From contig NC_043002.1 of the NCBI RefSeq assembly GCF_006345805.1, positions 29,946,001 to 30,010,000 on the forward strand: a DNA stretch of 64,000 nucleotides, read 5' to 3'. Shown piece after piece: positions 1-14,182 of this stretch (positions are counted from its first letter, which is position 1; each line of letters opens with the position of its first letter). The DNA is from Octopus sinensis (Eukaryota). Position numbers and translations under genes: made by a program. Below the pieces are notes generated by a model that saw nothing but the letters and a program-made list of their open reading frames with translations, did no database searches and was not told the DNA's origin.

Positions 1-1363
1 AGGGGCGATGCAGGTATGAACAAAAACAAAGTAACAACAAAAATTGTGGGAAATGATTTTGTACACCTCCGGAGTGGGATTACTAATTAAAAATGTGTAA
101 TTATCTAATTGAGAATTATGCGCTGGTCTGGTGCAATAAAGCTACTCTAACCAAAATGACCTTTATAATTATACATGATTGACTAAAAGCATACATGATA
201 ACTTTCATGTTCAGCATGTCCAGTGTGATTGTGTGTGTTGATCATGATCTCACCACCTACGTATGTCACCCTTCCATTTTTTTTCTCTTACTATTCACAT
301 ATTACATAATGAGCGTGTCTGAAATTGTGGACATTTTTTAGGGTCTGCAAAGATAAATAATTCCGTCGTTCGTAAGAAGCAATATTTTGAGGTGTTTTAT
401 TTTTACTTAATTTCTCCTCAGAATTGAACACCACCTTTTGCTCCCCACTTTACCACCTGTAACGCTTTGTTTCTTATTTCTGTCATCATTTCAATTCTTA
501 ATCTTCCTTCACTTCTCACCTTGAACTACTTATACTCATTCGTTCTCATCACATCAAACACCAAACCAAGTACATTTATTCACTTCAGTTCCTTCCTCAT
601 TCACTTGTCAATAATACCATTTTCTCTAAATTACTCTGAGACAAAGGAAAACTGTCCGAAACATCATTTTAATCATTCCTCGTGGCAATAAAATTTTATA
701 AATTCAGTTGATGACTAAGTGACACTACCGCTGTCTCAGATTATGGATTTTGATCAAACATAATGAAACAAGTAGACACAGTGAAGTCATTAAATGGCAT
801 CTAGTGGAGAGGTTCCAAGACGTGTGCCCAGGAGATTTGGTGGGTATGGAATTACCCTTTATTCACCATAGCTTCTAGGTTAACTCACTCGAGTGTGTAG
901 TACCAGCCAATAGCCCTAGTTATGGGTCAAATAGCAAAAGATGGGCTTTTTAATTAAGACAAACAGAACTCGCTGTAGGCTGGCCACTCGATCTGTGTCA
1001 CAGGCAAATACGCATATGAACCTGTCCTAATGTTACATTATCCAGTTTTCCTACTTTGGGATTCATTACACTTTTACCTCAAGGGTAAGCTTCAGTAGGA
1101 ATGATACTTGTACAATGAACAGTAAATAAACCAGCACAAGATTACATGAAACCATTAATGTACCTTTCTCAAAAAAAAAAAAAAATGACACTTCGGGCAT
1201 TGGAGCAGAGCCTATAACAAACTATGATTGTTATATGAAAAACCGGAGATGGCAAGTAAGGATAAGAAAGATCACAGAAAAGAAAACAGAGGATTGTAGA
1301 AGACTCCTGTGAGTAGAGGCAAACATGGTGATTAATGAAATTTAAGTAACAAGTGTATGCTTA

Positions 1364-1520
1364 TATACATTATTTACGTTATTTACATTTGACGGATATT
1401 TGTCCTCATCTTGCTTGTTGTTAACACAACGTTTCGGCTGATATACCCTTCAGCCTTCATCAAGTATCATGGGGAAATGAGAACCTAGGTTCTCAATCCT
1501 AAGGTACTTTCCGATGTTGT
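1364..1520 (-). mobile_element. HHR-bearing tail of tRNA-headed SINE family H1 (inverted arm)
   Basis: Reverse complement of 2351-2510. HHR core is slightly altered (TTGATGA...GAAACGTT) at about 1423-1468. Confidence 0.8.
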
Positions 1521-1543
1521 TGCTGTTGTTGTTGTTGTTGTTG

Positions 1544-1614
<71 letters not shown>
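1521..1614. repeat. (TTG)n/(TTA)n microsatellite, linker of family H1
   Basis: Direct reading of the sequence. Confidence 0.95.
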
Positions 1615-2535
<921 letters not shown>

Positions 2536-3122
2536 ATGCTAATATATCCAGTATTTCGCTCGCTTCTCGCTACATTGACTCCCTTAATTTTCATCTCTTG
2601 ATTTATAATGAACGCTGATGAATTTCTCTTTACAAGTGAATATCAATTGATTATAAGTATTATTTTTTAATTAATTTCTTTTTATTATTATTTGGCCTAT
2701 TACATAAAGTATGTTCCTCTTGTCTACCACCCTTGTGCTGATTATTATTTGCGCTGCTAATTTAAAAAAAAAACGCATTGATTACATCTTTCTAATATTG
2801 TGTAGCATTAGAACACACGATTTTACTACTGCATAAAATTGGTGTTTACGATTTCACCACTTTCGGTGGTAGTAATAGTAGTTGTTGACTTTGACTAGGC
2901 ACAGATCAAGCGAAATGAAGCAGAGCTGCAATGAAAATCGTCTGATCGTTTTCATCTAGTGGTTTTAGCAATATCTACGTTATAAAAATTAGCAGAATCG
3001 ATAAAAACGATGTGAAAACTGACTAGCGTTTGTCAGTTGGGTCATGTTATATCATGAGTTCGAAACTTGCCGAGAGTAATTTTGTCTTTCATTGTTCTGG
3101 AGGGCTCGTTGAAGTAGAGTGT

Positions 3123-3541
3123 GGATCTTTTCGGTTTGAACGGCAGTTTTTTCTAGCGGTGTCATATGAAATTGTCACCGATAATTAGGACCCTAGTATC
3201 GATATATTGCATTTCAATCCGTTTTAGGGTTAGGGTTAGGGGTGGGGTAAAGGGTATCTTTTTTCTTCAGAAATGTAAATAAACCCAATCTGTTTCTTAA
3301 ACGAAGGACATTTTCATATAGCAGTGAATATTTTCACCTCAATAGACGTCATTGATTTGTTGAAATAGCAGAAATTGAAGAAAAAAAGAAACAACAAATA
3401 TCTTACAAACTATACAATTTTCTCAACAAGGCCAAGAGAAAAAGATGTTTTATAAACACATTCTACCAGTATACGAAGTTTTAAAGTGTTTAGTTACGTG
3501 GAAATTATTTTTAAAAACTGCCGTTCAAACTGAAAAGATCC
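3123..3541. mobile_element. MITE / non-autonomous DNA transposon with 29-bp TIRs and 8-bp TSD
   Basis: TIRs ggatcttttcggtttgaacggcagttttt and aaaaactgccgttcaaactgaaaagatcc. TAGAGTGT is duplicated at 3115-3122 and 3542-3549. Confidence 0.9.
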
Positions 3542-4180
3542 TAGAGTGTCATTGACTTTTGTTGAGGTTTAGGTCCAGCTCTGCCTTTATTGAAAAAATT
3601 CAAATTAAAAGCATTCAAGCCAAGACCGAGACATCTTTCTAAGAGTATGTCTTGGTCTGTATTGATCAAAGTTCTCTTTCATGTCTGGAGACAATACGAT
3701 ATGTTATGAGGGAGATTTGCTTGTAATTTCTATCAATTTTAATCACAGCCTAGACGATTGTTGTAAGTTAACTTCATAAAATACCAATAAATGTTAGGAA
3801 TAATTTTTCAGTTTCGTTGTCAAAACTTCTCCTATTCGGACACTTCCGTACAAGTACCAGGATATTTCAAAGACACATTTAATTAGTTCTTCTGACTTCC
3901 ATGCTCCAGTAATGTCTATAATTTGGCTTCAGATGTAGGCGGTTGATTTGGTCATTTCCCAAGGAAGTTGTTGGTGGCAATGATCATTGTAGGAAAATGT
4001 TGCATATGACTGGATTACTTAACTGCTATTCAACATAATAATAGTACATATAAGCACACACGCACACACACACACACACACACGCAAACACACACACAAG
4101 CACACTGTTATACGTATATTCTGAACTTACATATATGTATGTATCTGTGTGTACATAAATACACACATACACACATATTT

Positions 4181-4570
4181 ATAGTTCTATATTTAAGACA
4201 TGAGGAATTAATTACATTATTTACATTATTCACATTCGACAAATATTTGTCCTCATCTTGTTTGTTATTAACACAAAGTTCCGGATGATATACCCTCCAG
4301 CCTCCTTCAGGTGTCTTGGGGAAATTTGGAACCTGGGTTGTCATTCATGAGGTATTTTTCGATGTTATTGTTATTATTATTATTATATGGCGTAGTGGTT
4401 AAGAGCGCGGGCTACTAACCCCAAGATTCCGAGATCGATTCCAGGCAGTGACCTGAACAACAACAACAATAATAATAATGATAATAATAATAATGATAAT
4501 AATGATATATCAGCTGAAACGTTGTGTTAACAACAAACAAGATGAGGACAAATATCCGTCGAATGTAAAT
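4181..4570. mobile_element. Family H1: inverted HHR tail followed by tRNA-headed forward copy
   Basis: Minus arm 4181-4370, tRNA-like head 4388-4457, (AAC)/(AAT)n, then a forward tail fragment at 4505-4570 that retains GAAACGTTGTGTT. Confidence 0.8.
4388..4442 (+). promoter_or_regulatory. Internal RNA polymerase III type 2 promoter (A and B boxes) in a tRNA-derived SINE head
   Basis: TGGCGTAGTGG matches the A-box consensus TRGCNNARYGG. GATCGATTC matches the B-box consensus GWTCRANNC. Confidence 0.75.
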
Positions 4571-4772
4571 CATTGTACCCACACACACACACTCTCACAC
4601 ACAGATACAGATATATATGTATGAATGCATGCTTGTATAACAGCGTGTAAGTGCATGAATACATATGTGCAAGTGTGTGTGTATATATATACATATGTAT
4701 ATCTATATATACATACATATATGTGTATGTATATACATATATTCATTATATATAATAAAGTAAAATTGCAAG

Positions 4773-4812
<40 letters not shown>

Positions 4813-4817
4813 TATAT

Positions 4818-5036
4818 TACTCTGTTACTCTATTACTCTTTTATTTGTTTCAGTCATTTGACTGCGGCCATGCTGGAGCACCGCCTTTAGTCGAGCAAAT
4901 CGACCCCGGGACTTATTCTTTGTAAGCTCAGTACTTATTCTATCGGTCTCTTTTGCCGAACCGCTAAGTGACGGGGACGTAAACACACCAGCATCTGTTG
5001 TCAAGCAATGCTAGAGGGACAACCACAGACACACAA

Positions 5037-5067
<31 letters not shown>

Positions 5068-5231
5068 CATATACGACAGGCTTCTTTCAGTTTCCGTCTA
5101 CCAAATCCACTCACAAGGCATCGGTCGGCTCGGGGCTATAGCAGAAGACACTTGCCCAAGATGCCACGCAGTGGGACTGAACCCGGAACCATGTGGTTGG
5201 TTAGCAAGCTACTTACCACACAGCCACTCCT
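4818..5231 (-). mobile_element. tRNA-derived SINE family A, full length
   Basis: Head aggagtggctgtgtggtaag..ggttccgggttcagtccc, internal (TA)/(TG) tract and tail ..gactgaaacaaataaaagag. Homologous to 14181, 21411, 40456 and 57707. Confidence 0.9.
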
Positions 5232-5292
5232 ATATATTCAGACCAACGCACGCGCACACACACATACACACACATACATATATATATATATA

Positions 5293-5734
5293 GCATATAA
5301 TTGCCAGCCAAGTGTGGCGTTCTATACAGGTCAGTGCTACTGATGTTTATAGCCCCAGGAAGACATTTCTTCCAGCTGGCTAACAACACACAATCTGTGA
5401 ACGATTAGTATTTAGGAGGGAGGGTCATCGCTCCCATATCTCGCTTTAGCGATGGTTTGTGCCTGGAAAATGCATTTAATATTTTGCAAGTGGAGTGAAT
5501 TTTCATCACTAGCTTGTGACTAATACACGGTGAGGACAGGTAACCACTCAGAAACTCGAGTCCGTGTGTATCACGTAAGGCTACGTGTGAGAGCAATGAA
5601 CTACCCTCGCAAATACTAATCGGATACAGAATATGTGTCGTTAGGCAGCTGGAATAGATGTCTTCTTGGGGCTATAAACGTCACTATCACTGTCCCGTAT
5701 ACGACGCCACACTTGGTTGGCAGTAATTATATGT
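5293..5734. mobile_element. MITE/foldback with imperfect TIRs of about 95 bp, TA-flanked
   Basis: gcatataattgccagccaagtgtggcg..gccccaggaagacatttcttccagctg pairs with cagctggaatagatgtcttcttggggc..cgccacacttggttggcagtaattatatgt. Confidence 0.75.
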
Positions 5735-6226
5735 TACTCTTCCGTATTGCTATATATATATACACACACACACAAAATGGGACAAGGGCGTAAAACATCC
5801 AGACCATTAAGTGATAAAAAAAGGGACAACAAAACATCCAGATAGACGATAGAAAGAAAATACGGACGAGTCATTCGGAGTTTTCTTTCCTCCGCCGAGT
5901 TCCAGATTATCTTTGCAATTTCGGCTAGTTATACTCGTGATTGCTCCAATCTGGCCAGCTCCAAGGAAAAACTAAGCTAAGAGTATTAGATTCCTTGGAA
6001 GAAAGCAGCGAATGTATACGAAAACAAGGACGGGAAAAACGGAGAAAGTTATACCAATACAGATAACAGGGTATAACTACAGGTGTCTTTCGACTAAGGA
6101 CAAATTAAATTAAACTGGCATGTGTTGAAGTAAAGCCTTACAGCAGGGATACAACATTTCACAGACACAGGGAAGAATATAGCTGTTGCATGGACAACGG
6201 CCGAACAGATAGATAGACAGACAGAT

Positions 6227-6227
<1 letters not shown>

Positions 6228-6300
<73 letters not shown>
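6228..6300. repeat. (GATA)n microsatellite
   Basis: Direct reading of the sequence. Confidence 0.95.
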
Positions 6301-6710
6301 GCATACATACATTTTAAAAAGCAATCAGTGTGTCATACTTAATGCACATACGTCAAATTGACTGCGTTATTAATTTGTAGATAATAGCCTTTATGCACGT
6401 ACTATGTTAAATAACACAAAATCACATCAGTAGGAAACGAAAATCGATTGCCACATAAAAACACATCTATGTGTCATTTAGCAGATTCCATTCTTAAAAG
6501 ATATCTCAAAACGAATACGACATTTAAGGTGACTTCTCTTTTATTTGCGTTAAGTATGATACCTAGAATCATACACATATCTCGAAACGTGAAAGACTTT
6601 CCTTTCTAATATCTCCTATTTCTTGAGCGTAAACCTGATACATACTGTTTGGTTTTTACCTATCGTGTCGACATGGTGTTATTTCTATCTTTTATGATAT
6701 ATACACTCAC

Positions 6711-7420
6711 GTGATCACTCCAGTTCTGTACACTGAACTCCTCTCTCGCTTGGAATTCCACATCATCTGTTTCATTCTCTATCTTAACCGAATACTCCAC
6801 GGCATTCTTACTTGTATCAAGCACAACAGACTCCAGTCACTCTTCCAACCTGTCTCACCAGACACCTCTATACTCTTCTCTTTCTCCTCACCGACAGTAT
6901 CTAACACTCTCACCCAACCCCACCAAACTGTCTACATTCCTCCACCCCTACGTTCGACTCCCTCCTACCTACAACCGCCACAGTCTCAAGTCCACCCAAC
7001 CTACCCATGCCACCGCCTTCCCAACATCACTAACCCCTCTTCAACCAACCCTACTTCTCTTCACGCTGAGGATAGTAACCCTCTCTCTGAATCTAAGCGT
7101 TCTCTTCTTAGTAGTGGGTCTCTGTTTCGTACCCTTCATTCTGTCCGCAACAAAATTTTGAACCCGGGCTAATGTCCAAAATTTTATGTGCTGCATCAGA
7201 CTGCATGATTTCTTTCATAATGCTGTCACAACATCTACCAAGCAAAACTGCTTCACTGACTTAGACCACCAACTGCCTCATTGGACGCCAACCCCTAGCC
7301 GGTTCCATGCTGTTGGTCAGTCCACAGGCATTCGCCACCGCGTCATACACTGGTTCAGCTTCCGGGCGCGTATACTTCTAAAAACCGAAAGTCCTCACAA
7401 GAGCACTCAAGGTTATTGAC
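6711..7420 (+). pseudogene. Decayed N-terminal region of a Penelope-like element ORF
   Basis: Peptides LNRIL..IKHNRLQSL, PLSESKRSLLSSG..F, IRLHDFFH and WTPTPSRFHAV resemble the pre-RT region of Penelope-like ORFs (..LS..E..VLSKGL.F..RR.RL..FF..WTP..G.F.AV). Frames are broken. Confidence 0.5.
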
Positions 7421-7598
7421 AAAATAGTAGTAATAGCAGCAGTAGCAGAAGCAGAAGCAGCAGCAGTGGTAATTAGTAAATGTCTCGATTTTTTTATCAA
7501 ATGGTACATATTTCTATTTTCTGCATTTCCAATAAACTTTTTAAGTTTCTAATCTTAGTTCTGTTGATGTTATTTTTCTAAAATAATCTAATCTAAAA

Positions 7599-7751
7599 GG
7601 AGCGCAGGCGTGGTTGTGCAGTAAGAGGTCTGTCTCCCAACCACATGTTTCTGGACTCAGTTCCATAGCATGGCACATGATACAGGTGTCGTCTATTATA
7701 GCATCGAGCCGATTAATGTCCTGTGAGAGGATTTGGTAGACGGAAACTGAA
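7599..7751 (+). mobile_element. SINE family A, 5' half
   Basis: Diverged head through ggtagacggaaactgaa. Confidence 0.75.
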
Positions 7752-7797
7752 CCCCCCCCCCCATCTCATGTGTATACGTTATGTCTCTCTCTCTCTT

Positions 7798-7881
<84 letters not shown>

Positions 7882-7894
7882 ATACATATATATA

Positions 7895-8431
7895 CGAGCA
7901 AAACGCGCCCCCCGTCCAAAGGACGGTGCTGAGTTGTCAAACATTTAAACCAAATTTTCTCAAAACAACTTGTCCGACTGTCCCATAGGCCTCCCCTTGG
8001 AGAAACACTGATTTAACCTAAATTTGAAACACCAGCAAAAGAAGAAATAAAGATAGACTTTTTTCTATTCCAAAGAAAAATGACTTTATTCACACAAATA
8101 TGCAACCGAAGAGTTTAAAGTACCAGTAATGATGAGACTGTTGACTGGGAGAACACAAACATGATTTAAACAGTAAGCTTGGCAGTAAGCGTGCCTTTGC
8201 AGTACATAAACAACAAAAAAAAAGGAAGGTGCAGTTATGTACAGGTTGACGGAAGAAAAGCAGGACAAAAACGGCTTTATCGATCGCTTTCTCACCTGGA
8301 ATCGATTTTTGTAATTTTTTCAAGAATTATACACGCCCTGATACCGTCGGTATCTACTTATAAAATTTCAGCGCAATCGGATAGAGGATTCCCGAGATCC
8401 TAGAATACACACACAGAGATAGAACGGATTT
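7895..8431 (-). mobile_element. Non-autonomous Helitron-like element, copy 1
   Basis: Inverted homolog of 61528-61906, with the same subterminal hairpin and CTCG-T end. Confidence 0.7.
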
Positions 8432-8653
8432 ACAGCCAAAAGACACAAGTATAAACGTCACTAAAGTACTAAGGGTCCTAGTTGGCACAAGCATTGCTAG
8501 AAATAAGAGTCAAACAACTCTTAGCCACGGGGAAAGAATCAGCTAATGACTGACAAGGGAGACAAGCTCCCTTCGCTTGCTGTAGGAAGCTTTTCTCCCT
8601 TGTCAGTAATGAGATAAGTGCTTCCCAGTGGGTGAGAGTTGTCCTGTCTCCCT

Positions 8654-9135
8654 TAGACGTGGATGTGTAGCAAGAGGCTTGCTTTCCAGCCACATAGCTC
8701 AGAGTTCAGTCCCACTGCGTGGCACCTATGTATGTACTTGCATGTGCATCTTTGCGTTTGTGTTTGTCCCCTATTATCACTCGACAGCCGGGGACCGATA
8801 GAATAAGTATTAAGCTTACAAAGAATAAGTTCTGGGGTCGATCTGTTCGAATAAATAACTCTAAGGTGGTGCTCCAGCATGGCTGCTGTCTAATGACTGG
8901 ACTGAAACAAGTAACAAAAAACAATGTATATATATATATATATATATATGCATATATATATATATATCTGCAAGAGAGCGTGTGTGTATCTGTGTTTCTG
9001 TTTCTCCCCACCCTGCTCTTGACAACCGGTATTGGTTTGTTTACATCCTCTTAATATTGCAGTTCGTTCGTTTAAAACCGTTGAAGGCGGTGCCACAACA
9101 TCGCTGCATTCCAATGACTGAAAGAAATAAAATAC
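8654..9135 (+). mobile_element. Two internally deleted SINE family A fragments
   Basis: Head and tail matches at 8654-8922, and a tail match at about 8985-9135. Confidence 0.65.
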
Positions 9136-9708
9136 AAAAGAAAACTCGGCAGTGGTTCTTTCCTTTGTACTCCGTCTGTTCTGAACTTGAGATAATCTTG
9201 AGGAATTTAACAGGAAGAAGCTTCTGGAACAATAAAATTCTTAGAAAACTTTTGCAAAGACATTTTGAGTATAATGCATGATAGTGTCACATACACAAAC
9301 ACACACATACACACATACACACACACATACACACACACATACACACATAAAATATAGTATATCTGTGTGTGTGTAGTTTTGCATGAAAACCAGTTCAATG
9401 TACATGCTTCATTGATATGAAAACTATATGCTGCGTGTGTACATCGAGATAGTTTTCTATATGAGAGTGAGTGTATGTGTGTATGTGTGTGTGTCTATGT
9501 GTGCGTGAATATATGTGTGTGTGTAGTCATGTCTTGTGTGTGAGAGGCGGTATATGTATCACCTATGTATGTACGTATAATTTTGTTTTTATGTGTTCTT
9601 GTGACATTTAAATAGTCAAATATCGTATATTTGAATATATACTTTTGTGCAGTAATGTATGTTGGTGAGTAGATATAAGGTAAGATGAATATATATATAT
9701 ATATAATT

Positions 9709-9754
<46 letters not shown>

Positions 9755-9866
9755 CACACATACATATAAGTGTCTTCATACGTATATTTATATATATTAT
9801 ATGCGAATACATGGGCTTGTATATAACTTTGCATAAATATACATATGCGTACATAAACTTTGCATA

Positions 9867-9907
<41 letters not shown>

Positions 9908-9943
9908 TATTATATCATTATCATAGTCTTAGATGTATACACA

Positions 9944-9981
<38 letters not shown>

Positions 9982-10865
9982 TGCACATGCACATATATTT
10001 ATATACATAGTTTATTTCTCTTTCTATTATCAGCCTTTGGCCTCTATTGAAATGCTAGCTCAATTTGACAGTCCACTGCATCATTCCGAATGTTATTAGT
10101 TTTATTCTGTATCATAGTGGTCAGTTGAGAGATTCTCAGTATTTCATTGCCTTTATACTCACCTTCAAGACATAGGTATATATACATACACACTCATGTA
10201 CAGATAGACGTAGTGACTCCTAAGCACTCACAAACTTAAACACTTTTATTTGACTCCCATACACATACAATCTTATTCAGCCACATTTATTGACGTAAGT
10301 ACGTATACATTGATATAGACACATATTTATATTTGTGCGTCTATTTGTCTTTGTATGTATCAATGTAAATGTGTGCGTACGAGTGTGTTTATATGCTAGC
10401 GTATATATATTTGTGTGTTTGTATGTGTGTGTGGACTTTATTTTTATTAGTTATCATCAGTGAAAGGGATGAAAATCTATCAATTCAACGTTGGTCAAGC
10501 CGATAATGTACACCACACACATACACACAATCACACTATTTTCCATACACATAGAGAAACACACGGAGATATTCTCATACATACACTTATACCGTAGTAT
10601 ATATATATGTAAATGACCATGTGTATGTATGTATGCATGTATACACACATACTTATATATATATATGTATGCATATCTGTGCACACGTACACACACACAC
10701 ACACACACATATATACATATATACACAACACATTAACAATGTGTGCGCATATATATACTCATGCTTACAAATATACATATATACGCACACATTGTAAAGA
10801 AATGCATAAATGTATATGCACATCTAAAGAAATATATGCACATACATATGCGTATGAGTGTATGT

Positions 10866-10907
<42 letters not shown>

Positions 10908-11644
10908 ATGTGTAAATATATGTTCGTTGCCTCAGCAAAACCAACCTGAGAGGCTTCTCCGTCCACCTTCTTATCTCCCTATCTCCCCCCTCTCCCCCTG
11001 TCTCCCATCACTTACACTCCCTCCCTTCACCAATCTTTACCCCTTTTTTCCATCTCTATATATTCCTTCCCTCTAGATTATTTCTTACATTCTCTTCTAC
11101 TCCCCCTTCAACACTCATTCCTTCTCCCTCCCTCATTCCCTCCATCCTTCACTCCCCCCTCACATTTACTGGCCGTCACACAGATTCTCTCCCTCCCCCT
11201 CTCTATCTCTTTATGCCTCTATTTATTTTACTCCTTCACATATATCCGCCACCACGCACACCAACACACACACACACATATACACATACATGCACGCACG
11301 CACAAACACACACACACACCTTGCACACATATATATTCTCACAATCTATGTGTTCACTAAAAAGACATATCGATCTGGCTTGGACCAAATCGGGAGAATG
11401 AAAATAAAATATTTCGGGTGGACAGGCCGTTAATTACAGATCAATATAATAGTATTGCTACGGAACGTATCGCTGCGAATGACTCGGTTATAAGTTTTCA
11501 ACTATAATAATTGCTTATAGCAATCCTATCGTTGCGAAAGTGATCTAGTTGTCCCTTCTTTCATGCAGCTCAAATGTTCCTTGCTACAGTCTGGCGTATT
11601 TGGTCAGATTTAACCGTATATGTGTGTGTATCTGTGTGTGTGTG

Positions 11645-11678
<34 letters not shown>

Positions 11679-11802
11679 CGTTATGCATGTGTGTATATAT
11701 ATTCATGTATGGATGTATGTATGCATGCATGTATGTGTCTATGTTTATGTGCATGTAGGCACGAGTGTGTGTGGGTGCTATGTATGCATGTGTGTGTGGC
11801 TG

Positions 11803-11837
<35 letters not shown>

Positions 11838-12652
11838 ATATGTAGGTAAATACATCGACTATATTACATATGAAACTAAATCCGCGCGCGTGTATATATA
11901 TATATATATATATATACATATATATATACATATATATATATATGCTATATATATGTATATGTATGTATATATATATCCATATATATATATGTATGTGTAT
12001 ATACACATACATATATACATACTTATACATATATGTTTATACATACATATATATACATATATGTTTATACATACATACATACGTATATATATACATATAT
12101 ATATATAATATATGCCTTTTTATATATTTCATTTATATATTGCATTTTCTGTGTAAATGGAATGGGCGTTTTTAGGCGTTCTTGGAAGGCGTAGAAGGCT
12201 AATTCCAATCATCCAAATTTAGGACATCCTTTCGCAGTAAGTGAGAGAGAAATAGGGAGAGATGTTGGACACAAAAGGGAAAGAGAGTGGGGAGAGAGAG
12301 AGAGAGAGAAGAGGAAGAAGAAAAAGAGAGAGAGAGTGGGGGTTGAAAGGAAGTGAATGGGTTTATGTTTAAGATATAGACATAACGACACAGAGAGTAG
12401 GAAAGGGTCAGATAATACAAAAGAGAGCCAGAATGTGTGGGAGGGAGAGCGAGAGTGAGCGAGAGATAGAGAGAGAGAGAGATATGAGGAGAGAGAAGTT
12501 GTTAAAACCATGTGATTTGTATAAAGCGAGACAGGCATGAAATGACTGCAAGTAAACGGCTGCATCATTATACTCCCCGCTACACTTCACACAGAGTGTG
12601 TATGAATGCCTGTGTGAGTGTACATATGTGTGTGTGTTGTGTGTGGTGTGCA

Positions 12653-12723
<71 letters not shown>

Positions 12724-12835
12724 GCATGCATGCATATATATTTATATGCAGAAACATATGAATACGTATCTGTATTTACACCATAAAACATAGCATTCAT
12801 ACACACAATATAACACCACACACATATATATATAG

Positions 12836-13128
12836 GTGTGTGTGTGTGTATTTATATATATATATATATGGATGTATATATATATGTATGTATATAGTAT
12901 AACATATGCGCATATCTATAAATCCATCCGTCCACCCACATATATATTTATATCTGTGTATGGTTGTGAGAGTTGTGTTTGTATATATATATATATATAT
13001 GCGTTATCAAAATCAAAAGTTTTGCGCATACATACACACACACATATAATATATACATATATATATATATACATACATACAAATATATATATATATACAT
13101 ACTTATATATATATACCTATATACATAG

Positions 13129-13161
<33 letters not shown>

Positions 13162-13180
13162 TATATACATATATACATAT

Positions 13181-13218
<38 letters not shown>

Positions 13219-13240
13219 GTATACATATGCATATATATAC

Positions 13241-13330
<90 letters not shown>

Positions 13331-13355
13331 GATATATATATATATATATATATAT
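12836..13355. repeat. Long compound (TA)n/(TACA)n microsatellite
   Basis: Direct reading. Representative of many such arrays in 9700-13400. Confidence 0.9.
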
Positions 13356-14147
13356 TGGCCGAGTGAGAGAACTGCGTTTTATTGTTGTTTCTACCCTTGG
13401 CAACAATTTGCTTTTTCCTTTCATATAAACCGTTATATTATGTGATATTTCAGTAGACTATGTGATGTGAAAGTAAACACTATCTTTGGCTAAATAAGAA
13501 AGATATAATGGCTGATACAGTTACCGGCTGAGTTAATACAACACCTGGGTAATACTTCGTCTTATTAAGCATTAGTTATGCCATACCGGCGTGATATAAT
13601 ACAATAGCTATGTGTTCGTTTGTAGAGTCGTGCTGTGTTTATGCGCTAGTTTGTGAAATAATAAACCTATCTATAGGACACTAACAGATATTACATGTGA
13701 GCGATTGTATACATGTGTGTACGGGTATGTAAGTGGTGTGTGTATGTATGTATATGTATATGTGTGTATTATACGGAGAATGGCATTTACAAGTCTAATT
13801 CTTTCGATTTCGAATTCATCGATGGAACTTTATTCAATTTCAAATTGCAGTGGAACAGAACTTGTCTTGTCTATACCATTATCCAAAAACAAAACCAAAA
13901 AAAGAAAATTTTCGTTCTCCTTTTTATTTTTATTTTAAATGAACATGCCCTGAACCGGTGTATTTTAACGCCGGCTCAATACCATGGGTCTATCTATTTC
14001 CAGTTTTCATTAAAGCGTTAAGGTAATACCTCATAATTCTTGTATTTTTTATTGTCTCTATGCATTCATACATACATACATACATTCATACATACATACA
14101 TACATATATACATATACACACACACATACACACACACACACACACGC

Positions 14148-14180
<33 letters not shown>

Positions 14181-14182
<2 letters not shown>

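Noticed and set aside
2611-2650. HHR-like CTGATGA..GAATATC
   Set aside because: GAAA is incomplete and stem I does not pair.
3224-3241. Telomere or interstitial telomeric fusion site
   Set aside because: There are only three units, and they lie inside a MITE.
4388-4457. tRNA gene with ACT anticodon
   Set aside because: The acceptor and anticodon stems do not pair properly and it is embedded in a repeat, so it is treated as a SINE head.
5775-6110. Possible HHR in a PLE-like repeat
   Set aside because: Only partial GAAA motifs were found, with no CUGANGA that has pairing stems.
13760-13920. Possible host exon on the minus strand
   Set aside because: There is an in-frame stop, no recognisable protein and no clear donor site.
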